The notes beneath the pieces were generated by a model. The model made no database searches. It was not told where the DNA came from and worked only from the letters and a program-made list of their open reading frames with translations. The position numbers were made by a program, and so were the translations under genes. Shown here one piece after another: positions 26,044-36,449 of a stretch of DNA of 64,000 bases. The stretch is from NCBI GenBank assembly GCA_036172245.1, contig JAYWIR010000036.1, positions 1,612,001 through 1,676,000 of the forward strand. The letters are read 5' to 3'. This stretch comes from Raillietiella orientalis. Its lineage: Eukaryota. Positions within the stretch are counted from its first letter, which is position 1, and every line of letters begins with the position of its first letter.

Positions 26044-29000
26044 TGTTTCATTTTAAAATTGATAATGGAGAATTACTGATATTACATCATGATCAACAAG
26101 CATCAAAAAACTCGATACTTTGTTTCACGATCACAGATGAAGAAAGATATTAGGAGAGACCAAAAATAGCAATTGCAAGGAGTATTCCTTTCTGGTGAAT
26201 AGACAGTTTGGTATACTTCCCTTTTTTTTTTTCCAAGGATATATGCATGATATCTGTTAATTTAATATTGGCCGCTCATCATCACTACAAAATTATTTAC
26301 ATATTTTACTCAGAAAGGACAAGGTAATTATATTTTCTGCTATGCTTATTTTCTGCTATAGTTTCCAAGTTGAGGGTGTCTAATGCAATTGCGACACAGC
26401 CTTAGATAACCAAAACTGATTAGGCCAAGGAATACCACGTAATTTGAAACGCTTGCTTTACTTGCTTTGAAAATTGAATTAAATTTGAATGATTCACTTG
26501 GCTCTGGATACATCCATTAGGCATCATTGGAAAATTTCCTCATGAAGTCAAACCATTCTTACTAACGAACAGTTTGTGAACATTATTATAAGAATTATTT
26601 TCTCTTTGTTTGAATTTGTTTTGATGGAATCGTAACAATCTTAATGAAAATTGAAATAAAATATAGAAATTTGAAATCAAGTATAAATTTTTATTGTCTC
26701 TTGCGCTTCACCTTTGCTTAAACCTTCTAATTTTTTGTGAAGATGTGAAATTATTTCACTTTTTTTTTATTTAAACAAGTTTACTCATTGCTTTATAGAT
26801 ATTTAAAAAACATGTATTCTTCATTTAAAGAGATACTAGTGAGAAGCTCTGAAAACTGCTGAATTATTTTTGCCCCTTCTTATCTTCAAAATTTGCAGTT
26901 TGAGTTTAGAAAGCTTGTTACATTTTATTTTCTACCAAGGATTTGAGGAAACGACGTAGAATTTCAAATAGTATTTGATGGGATTCACAAATTCATTACC
27001 AGAAAGGCACAAGTATCAAAAATACTTCTTGAGAAGCTAAGAGTTTTAAAATAGTTGACGTGGAGCAGACAGCATCTCGTAGCACATGTTCCTCCTAAAT
27101 TTGTTTTCTATTAATCCTTCGGTTTTCTGCAAAATTTTATTTTTCTCTCGATAGACAGCTAATCGCAGGAATACGTTGCATATAGAATTTTGCTAGTACA
27201 ATGAATCCCTGTCCAGAAGTTATCTCTGGGAAACAGAGTTTCGGATCTTCCTGAACTCTGAACTACTTCATGATTCAAAGACCAAACTCAAGAAAGGAAA
27301 GAAACTAAAGGTAAGTATACTCTAGGGATGTTATTACAGTTTCATTGTATGGTGAAGGATATAATTTCATAATGTAACTTGATTTAGGGAACAAATTAGT
27401 AGCTGTGCAATTTCTCCGTTTTCTTTTAAACAATTTTTAATATTAGCAGTTTAACAATAATAAAAGAGGAATCTTGTGAGAAAAACATCTGCATGCTGAG
27501 TAAGATTAGTAGCATGCTAACATTCTTTCCCAATATTAGCACGGTTTCTAAGTTAACGCTAATTTCTCTCCCAATATTAACACCTTCCGTCCTAATGCAT
27601 GGTTGCGATGTCTTGGACGATGTTGTCATGAGCTACTTAAGCGACTGACATTAATATTCACTCTGCAGTTTGCTTTGAAAGGACTGTTAATTTAAGATAG
27701 GATGATCTCACTTTTAGTAATTCATTTGTTTACTTCGTAAGGCACAAACAATTTGGAACGAAGTGAGTAGGTTGTTTATCTATGGTTAAGCTCTCGTTCG
27801 GTATGTTTTTCCTTTTATTTTGCTCTTACTTTCTATTTAGTTTGAACTTTTATTGCACATTCACGTGGAAACTAACGTAGCTTTTCTGAAAGAACAAGAA
27901 GCTGTGATGTGGAAAGAAAGAACGAAGCAATGAGCTCAGTTGCAATCAACAAATCACTAAAAATGAGGAATTGAAGATTGATCTTTAGTCATATGAGAAA
28001 AGGGAACATGCTGAAATCGAGTTACATTTTGCTTGAAATGAATGAATGTCATTTAGTAAAATGACATTCAATGCAAGAGTATACATTGATTAAGTAAATA
28101 CATCTAGTAAAAGACATTTTACTAAAACTCGAAAATACAATAAAATAAAACCGCTGAAAATACATTTGCTAAAAGGATTTTCTTTTTTCTTTTTGGTTTA
28201 ATTTTCATTTTTAGTCTTTCTTAATGTCTAAGTATTCCCTTAACTCTTTCCTTAACACGAAGATTCAAGATTTGCTGCTGTTCTTCTGCAATAAATGCAC
28301 TTTTTTGTTAATGAATTTGTTTTCTGGTCACTACGTTTTGGAAAAACACGTGTTTTTTTTGAGACAATAGCAACTAGAGAAGGTGATATTGATTTATTGA
28401 ACACCCTTGTACTGCGTGAATCTCTCTCGTTTATTCATTATGGTGCGTAAATGCATTATACATATAAACCGTGATTTTGTTCAGTAATTGGAACTTTCTA
28501 AGTTTTTTTTCTTATTAAAGCTCATTGAACTTATTGTTCCAGAAGAATTCGTTGATATTTAAATTCGTCTATCTACCAGTTCTCTTTCTTTCTAGTGCTT
28601 TGTGCAGGGTTCTTCCGCCTGTACGATAAAATGTGGCAAAGTCTTTATTGAACTCAGTTTTTAATTTTTTGGTCGATTTTGTGGTTTTGCCTTAGGATTT
28701 CGTATCCACCTAACTTGCTCTCCATTACTCAGAGTTATTCACAAGACTGTTTTGTGCCTTTTCTCCGAAATCACTTCTTTCTTCCGCCTTTTCCCGTTCT
28801 CCTTCTGCTACCACCGCATTTGTTTGTTTGCATTTGCATCTCAAGACTGCAAGGGAAATCGAGCAGAACTACACGAGCAAACTTCTTCGAGGGCTATCAG
28901 CATTATTCTTCTGCGTGCATCTTTAGCGCTCTTGAAAGCAGGGCATCATTTCAGCAGTGGTGGTGGCTTGCCAATTTCCGTGTCTTGAAAAGGGAACACG

Positions 29001-29419
29001 TCGCGTCGCCACTTATCTCGAAAGGGGATTGGGTTTTCCTGCGCACAACATCCATGCCGGGAGGGCCAGAAGAGTTGCGAGGTTTTCTCTCTCCAAACTT
29101 TGGATGATGGCAGTGCGATCTTTGCAAATATCCCTTGCCGCCCACGCCGAATTCCATGAGAAACCGAACGACACGCTCCCCCGTTGGTTCTGTTTCCATC
29201 GGCCGGAGATTGCGGGGTTCTCGGGGCGAGTCGACCACTTTCAGGACGACGGTCCCTGGCTCTCCTGCAGCAGGACGTTCGGAGGCTCCCTTCTGCTGAT
29301 GACTTCATAGGCGGAGAAGAGCGGGCGACGAGACACTTACAGGCGTCTCTGCAGGACGGGGAGGGTAACAACGCTTCGGAATCCGGAAAGATCAGGCCAT
29401 GGGGGCCTTCCGTCCAATA

Positions 29420-29964
29420 AGTCAGCTGGCATGTGACTGATCTGAGGAGTGTGTTTGCTCACGACGGAGTTGACTACGATGTGGGTGTCACCGGCGTCCT
29501 TCCCGCATTTTCCTGCACAGGGTGCTAGCGGTGCACTTCACGTATATCCGAGAGCCGGGCACTCGGGGTCTTCCAGGGACGGGTTGGACATCTTGGTGGC
29601 GCACCTCTCGTTCTGCTCCGCCAAGCGCTCAATGCAGTCGTCGTTTTTCAGGATCACGGTCCTCACAGCGGAAGAACGCAGCCGCCTTGCGGTTTTCTTC
29701 CCGTCGTAGTCCTCCTTTGGCCTTAGATCGCCCTTCCGCCTCGTTCTCTCTCAGATGTGCTGGTCAGTGGTGCGCACCGTGCTCTGCGTTACGTTCATGC
29801 ACGTCAGGAGCTCCTCGTCCCCTGCGGGGACCTACGTCTCGTCGAAGGAGATGCAGCGCAGGTACTGTATCCAGCACCGTCATCGGGGACGCGTTCTATG
29901 GCCCAGTCCTTGACGATGCCTGAGTGGAACAGCAGGAAGAGCTCTACAAAGCTCGCTGGAACCA
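29420..29964 (-). pseudogene. Intronless disabled copy of a Cys-rich, probably secreted protein
   Basis: Strong GC3-biased codon texture; MVPASFVELFLLFHSGIV.. then RCWIQYLRCISFDET*VPAGDEELLTCMN...DDCIERLAEQNERCATKM...PEC...YVKC...KCGKDAG, with stops and frameshifts. Confidence 0.4.
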
Positions 29965-30389
29965 TAAACTTTAAAAAACCATCATGCTCGAATTAAACTT
30001 TCACTACTATATAAAAATAACTAACCAATCCAAACACTTAAAAGATAAAACTTAAAATCCTTTCCTAATTCTAATTACCACTATCTCACATGAAACAACT
30101 GCTATAAACCACCCATAAACTTTAAAAAACCAACATTAATTTAAAATTGAAATTTTACAATACTAACGAGCCATATAATCTAATATCTACCATTAAATGT
30201 TCATTTTCTTACGCATAACAATCGTTTTATTTAACCCATTTAGTTCTTGAGTACTTAGGACCCAAGAGGAAAGGAAACCGAACAAAAAAACTGAAGAAAA
30301 GCAGAGTAAATGGAAGAACCCGGAAGGATTTCTATCATCCTGGAAAGTTGAGAAGTGACATGCTGCATTGCAGCATAAAAAGAAACTTC

Positions 30390-31207
30390 TGGGTGCTTGA
30401 ACAGCGCGGGAGGTGACGGACGCTGCAGCCTCGAGTGTCCCACGGACTTCTAGTCTGGGGAGAGCTGCCGGACAGTCCGGAGGAAGTGAAGCGGCCTCTT
30501 GCGTGCTGGAACAGCAGTGCCCTCCCCTTGAAGTGGCAGGAGTTGGTGTTGCTGGTGTTGCATGGAGGAATCCTATGCGAGGCGCGCCTTCAGCACTGGA
30601 CACGGCGGGGCGTGGACGCTCAGAGCTCGACAGGTGCGGGAAGAAGGAGACCCTTCCGCACCTGCTACCAGGCTGTGCTGCCCTCCGACTCCTTTGGGAT
30701 CGCCTCGCGACAACCCTAGGAATCCCGGGGGGCGGCCCTAGGAACATTTTCAAGTGTCTCTTCTCGCATGCCTCTGTGCCACCAGCCGCGTCCCTCGCAG
30801 TCCTATGCTATCTTCGCGGGATGACGGCAGCCTGGAACGCCAGATGAGGCCGAAGTGGCAGGGGCGTCATCCACTGAGCGCGAATCTTACTCAGGACCGC
30901 CTCGAGATGGCTCCAACTGGGCGACATACGGACGGAACTTGCCAGCATCCTGAAAATAGTATGCAGAGAACACCGGGCAGCGTACTGTGATCCGTTTCTC
31001 GATCCCCCCCCCCCCGTCTTTCCCTGTATTATTTGTTTATTTTTTTTGTTTTTGTCCCCCTCCCCTCACGCTGCGGACCTCGCTAGTCTGCGAACCGGTC
31101 TTCGGCAGGTTCATTGCGCGTGATAGAACCAAGGGATAGAACCAACCACACAAATGCACTTTTATTACGTTATGTAATAAGTGCTCCGGCATAAGCGGGT
31201 GATAATC
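30390..31207 (+). mobile_element. 5'-truncated Tx1/L1-clade LINE (zf-RVT region plus 3' UTR)
   Basis: Frameshifted WNSSALPLKWQELVLLVLHGGILCEARL...RCGKKETLPHLLPGCAALRLLW...AWNAR matches the L1/Tx1 ORF2 C-terminal zinc-binding region; followed by a T-rich tract, the family 3' UTR motif and a terminal hairpin. Confidence 0.75.
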
Positions 31208-31899
31208 ATCATAAGCCAATGACAACGATCTCCTCGTGAGGTCGCTAATGGCCTTTTAAAAAACAGAAAAGAACAGGAACAACTAATTTCGAAAATAGAA
31301 AATCGCCTCGGATTGCTGACACTTTGGGGAAGTGGAAAATTCTATTCCTGTTCTTATATCTTGAGAAACCATTCGCTGCGTCACCTCTTCAGGTTCTTGA
31401 AAGCTGGTCGCCGCTACACCTTCGTCAGAAGTCCTTTTTCTGTGATATTCCGCATTTTTTTTTAATCATTTGACTTTTCCAAGTAGGGTGGAGTCGAAAT
31501 GCGTTCTTCCAATCCCTTTTTTCTAGTTTTTTTTGCCTCTCAAGATTAAATGAGGCGTTTCTCATCTTTTTCCAGCACTAAGGCTGGGAGTTTGATAGCG
31601 TCTTTATTCCGAGTTAAAACAAAAGGAATTGTGTTGACCCTGCAATCGTGGATGCCTACCAATTCGTCCAGATCACATTTTCCGCCCTTTCTCAGCTCAG
31701 TTTTTCTGGGACTCTTATGAGATTCCATTTCATCCCTCAGTAAACTTCTGCTCATTTCTTCTTTGGTCACAGAAGAGTGTGTCCTTCTTGGTTGTCATCT
31801 CTAAGTGCATTTGAAGATTCCTGGAAGGTTCCTGGACTGATTCCCTTATAACTCCGTTGTTGAAAACGAGATCTTCAGGTAATCTTCTCATCCAGAAGC

Positions 31900-33900
31900 C
31901 GCATATTATAGCTGCATATACGTTGGCATTCTAAACTTTGTTGGTACTTCCGTTAAGCATCGTTATCTGAGGAGTTTCATGCCTTCCTATTGCTACATGC
32001 TCTCTGGAGCTTTGACAATCCTTATCAGAACCCTAGTAACCTGGTGGACATCATGCTCTTGCTATTGTTTGATAGTAGAAAGGAGATGCCATGCTCATGC
32101 TTTGGTAACATGGAGGAAGATGCCACGCTTGGACGTTGGTAGCATGGAGAAAGAAGATGCCATGCTCGGATGCCATGCTCGGACGCCGGTTTTGATGTCG
32201 TTAATACAGGATGCATGTGATGTTGGCTTCATTTCACGTACCCTTTTCGAGCCACCTGGAAGGGGAGCATCCTGTTTCTTTAGTGATGCTGCTGACATCT
32301 ACGATTCATTCGTGTGTGTTCTTTGGACTCTGCTGCAACAGACTTTAGGTTCTGTCTGGAGGCAACCCTTCTTCAGCCCAGAGCTCCATTGAGGGTTTCG
32401 TATGTTGACTTCACATTGAGGTGGAGTCGCAAATTCCCAGGGTCTCCAGACTTTCGCGAACTCAAATTCACGTTCGTCCACCTTTTGCGATCCAGGTTGC
32501 TAAAACCTTCCTCCAGAAAGGGCAGGCGTGACCAGAGCTTCCCCTCCGTGGTCGCCTTAGAAGTCCACTTGCTACAGGAGCTCCTCCTATTGACCGAATA
32601 CAATCGTACGACCCTTGCAGAACTGTTTCCATCTCTGGACTGTCTGATCTCCTGACTACAAACATGGACTCGGTTCCCGCTGTCAGTGTGCTCCCCCGAG
32701 CATCCCTCCAAGCACCCTCCCTCCGTTTCCTGGGAACACCTGATTGATTCATCCATCCAAGCCATGCCACGGTTTCCCTTGCTGCTGTTTCCTCCACGGG
32801 CTGCCGTAGGACATTGTGCGCACTCCGCGCATTCCGGAGCGCAATGGGACCCTCAGTGAAAGGTCGCATCTTGGCCATCAGCCATAATAGCTGAGGATCG
32901 AATGCTTGCCGGAGAGAAGTCCCAAGTGAAAGTGCCGAGACCTTCACGTGGAGTTTTGCATTCCTTCCGAGCTCTCCTGGAAAGCTCCTTTGACCTTGTT
33001 TACAGCAGACGGTCGAAGGCGTTACCGCTACAAATGAACGTGGCTCATCGCACCCAACCCATTTCCTCCTTTTACCTATCCGCCTTGAGCTGCCGGGCAC
33101 TTAACACTGTCCCGAGCGCCCTCCTTACTGTGGACCTGCCGTTTCGCGGCATCCTTGCCTCTGGATCCTAATCCTTAAATAGATCTTCGTAATAAACTGC
33201 ACTCTACTGACATCAAGGATACTAGTTGCGCAGCTCAGGCATGCGCTATCAAGTCACTCGTGAGGTGGACGTGCGCGCCGTGGTAAGCCTTCCCACAAGT
33301 TTCCTGGTGACTCATTTTTCGTGATCAGGAGTTTACTCTTCCTCGTCCTCCGCGTTGTGAGCAGTTTGGGATGCTTCTCCCGATTTCCGGCCCGCAGATT
33401 CTCTTCAGACCGGACCCTTTCTGTCTTTTCCGATGTGGCCGCGGTCGGAGCGGGTGCACCCCACGTCGACTCTGAATACACGGCCTGCATCTCAAGATGC
33501 CTCGTCGCCGCCTCTCTGACGGTCTGCAGACATCCACTTGCGTAGTCTGAAGTGGGAAATTCCAGGGAATTTTCGTTCCTCGAAGCCAAGAGGCTAGCTC
33601 GAGACAATCGACGTTCTGACCGAAACCCGTCTGACAGCACTGGGGTGCCTTCCGAGGTATTCCCATGGTGGAATCCGAGAAAAGAAGTCCTGGATCAAGC
33701 AGCAAGGGAGCGGAGATTTTGTACTCGAGCGGGCGTGCTGATCCACAAAGGCATGACATTCTGGCTGCGAAGACGCGAGCGGTTTGGAGTTTCACTCTCT
33801 CGCAGGGGAATCTGATCTTTAGCTCGTCGAGCATCCACTGCTACCATGAGGCCTGAAGGCGCGATCCCAACATGCTCCAGTGTCCTTTCCTGTATTCGAA
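31900..33900 (-). mobile_element. Highly decayed LINE ORF2-like sequence
   Basis: Fragmented frames with VKCPAAQGG (LxxPxxxGG) and a zf-RVT-like context further downstream; weak. Confidence 0.3.
32083..32186 (+). repeat. Short imperfect tandem repeat, about 33-36 nt unit
   Basis: GATGCCATGCTC / GATGCCACGCTT / GATGCCATGCTCG recur, with TTGGTA(A/G)CATGGAG between units. Confidence 0.7.
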
Positions 33901-34164
33901 GAATTGCTTTTAGCCACGAAAGACCAGATTTTCGAAATGATGAGGATCAGTACTGAGTAAATGAGTGCATGATGAGTGCCATTCGAATGGGTGAACCTTG
34001 GATGCATGCGGTGACGACATCGCTCCTTTTCAACGCTCAGGAGGTGAGGTATTGGGAGAAATGAGATGGGAGGCCTTCGTCGCTGGAAGGTGGTCACTGA
34101 AAGGAAACTTGGGAAGGGGACCAATAGAATTTGGTATGCAACCAGAAGAATGCAATTCGATGAA

Positions 34165-34655
34165 TGATGGGACTGCTCCTTGCATCCAGCAAGTGCATGC
34201 TCAAAGAAAACCTGGGTCGGAGCATGCACATCGGAGGCCACGTGGTCTCACGCGCGTGGCACCAAGCGTCTTAGGTTCGAATACTCTGAAAGAATCGACT
34301 CTGGAGGATTGTTCGAGTCGCAGGTTCGAGTTCCTCCCGCTAGATGACGCTGGTTGGCATCTACTCGGGCGCTGCACTAGTAGCGGCTCCAACCGCATGC
34401 TCCCAATGAGTGACCGGGATCGGGAGTTGAGCATCCGTGTCCCAGGAAACAGAATCGAGGAGTGGGAATTCTCCGGTTGTGCAAAGGAGTAGATCCCCCT
34501 CTTCATGGGAGACCATCCATCTCGTACCATGAATCTGGTGGATTGATGATGCCTCTCCAGAGTGCAAAGAACCGTGCCTCTCACTTCGGGAAGCGCCCTT
34601 CAGAAAAATTTCGGAAGCGCCCCTTTGGGGTTCTCTTCAGAGGAGAAAACTAGCC
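34165..34655 (+). mobile_element. tRNA-like-containing repeat, 3'-truncated copy
   Basis: ATGGGACT..., GGCACCAAGCGTCTTAGGTTCGAATAC, GCCTCTCCAGAGT, GGAAGCGCCCCTTTGGGGTTCTCTTCAG match the other copies. Confidence 0.55.
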
Positions 34656-35700
34656 TCCGAACTCGCAAATTGTGGTAGGACGCGCGTGGTCGTAACTACG
34701 CTCGATTTGTCCTTGGCCCTACTAGGTTGCCGGTCCACAGACCGATGAGGTTCACCTCGGCGGCGGAGGGGAAGAGGAACATAAAGTGAAATAAAGTAAA
34801 TAAATAAATAAAAACACTATGGATGGCCTGGAAGGGATACTGCCCGCTGGAGAAAGAGTCCTGAGCATCCTGGAAAGGAAATGGAGGACAGAAAGGAGAG
34901 GGAGGAGGAGAAAGAGGGAGAGAGCATGAAAAGCAGGAAAGGCAGGGAAAAGAGGAGAGCGAAGGAAGGAAAGGAGGAGCAAGACGGGACGAGGAAGAGA
35001 AGGAGAGAGGGAAAAAGGAAGATTCACGCCTTCCCTAGACTCAGAAGAGCAGGATACCGGCTACATCCGTCCGCAATGCACCCAGGTGACGCTATCTTGC
35101 TGATATCCGCGTAAGTCGAACAGCGAAACTGGCGAATGGCGTCCCTTCCGTTCGCTCCAGGACGCCGCAACACCGCAGATGCAGCGAAGAGCTGCCGGGC
35201 CTGCGGCCGACGGAATGGCATCCCGCCCCGCACGGGGAAGAGCTTGCAAACGTCCCTGGGGCTGCCAACAGGGGTCCGCAGGGTCGTCCCCAGACGTTCC
35301 CACAGAGTCCGGAGGACACGACAGTCCACGGGCAGGCGTGAAAAAGGGCATACCCGTTCCCTGCACCTGCGACCGTCCTGGTCAAACTCCTCGGAGCCCA
35401 GTGATGACGGCTGGCGCTGCAGGGGAAGACCTCAGTGCAAAAGCGGAAGTGCCGACTTCCGTCACTCGTCCCTTCAGGGGGAGAGCGCTGCTGTCCAAGA
35501 ACACCGGGACCTCTTCGGGTCTACAGTAAAAACACTGCCGGGCAGCTCGTCCCGGCGTTGAAGTCCTCGTGGAAGGGCACTTGGAGTCGCAGAGTCGGTC
35601 AGCTGCCCAGTGGTCCAAACACTCATTCTCTTCCACCTGTCTGCGATCTCGCAGGTGACCTCCCCACCTCTCCGGCTGGCTGCTGCCATTCGCCTTCCTC
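34655..35700 (-). mobile_element. Tx1/L1-like LINE 3' fragment, same family
   Basis: LDSSALPLKGR and CRVLRTLWERLGTTLRTPVGSPRDV align with the 30390 copy; shared 3' UTR motif GAACCTCATCGGTCTGTGGACCGG near 34730-34755. Confidence 0.7.
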
Positions 35701-35719
35701 GGGGGGGGGGGGCAGCGCC

Positions 35720-36447
35720 GCGGCCAGAGGGGTGCGCTCCGCCCAATTGTGGACTCTCCAGGATCTTCCACAGCATGCACGGATGCCTCGGGAGCAGAGA
35801 AAGGAATCCATTCCTCTCTCACGCTCGAGAGGGAGAGGGACCCCGTAGGAAACCCCCACCCTGGTTGTTTTCGAAGGAAACCCCGAGGGGAGCCCCATAC
35901 CTCCCTCATTCTCTCCGGAGGGACCTCCTGGAGGAGGCCGCTCTCCAAGGGAACTGCTCTTTGGTGTTCTTCTGAAGAGAACCCCGAAAGGACGCTTCCC
36001 AGTTTCTCTGGAGGGTGTTCCCCGGAGGGAGCAGAGCTCTTCCTGACACTCTGGAGAAGCAACCCCTGAACGGAGTACCAACCAGCTCCATGGTAACTTA
36101 GACGCTTCATTTTCGCAACCGGAGGGGAACCCCAAAAGGCTCTCTTCAGCTTACCGAAGGGCTCTCTTCTCTTCTCTTTCATCACTTGGTTCCTGGAAGG
36201 ACCCTGGAGGGTCGACTTCCAATCCCGGCCATTCAGCGGGGTCATCCGGTGGTTTCCGGATTCCACAAGGGCCAGCCAGCGCATCCTGTGAGGGGAGGGG
36301 AATTCGAAACCCACGATGCATCCCCTGTTTATCCAGGGTAGGACTCGAACCCGCGACTCTTGGTGTCACGAGCAGAGACCGCATCCCCAGGGCTTTCAGC
36401 TTCTTCGGTGTGCGGAGACGAGAAGGAGTCCCATGCTTCCTGTTACA
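35720..36447 (-). mobile_element. tRNA-like-containing repeat, second copy
   Basis: Begins TGTAACA at 36447; B box GGTTCGAGTCC (36341-36351); shared words CCGGATG, TCTCCAGAGT, GGGGTTCTCTTC. Confidence 0.62.
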
Positions 36448-36449
36448 GA

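Noticed and set aside
28750..29400. Gypsy gag-like remnant on the minus strand
   Set aside because: Only vague words (RFLMEF, KLAS..NDALL); too weak to call.
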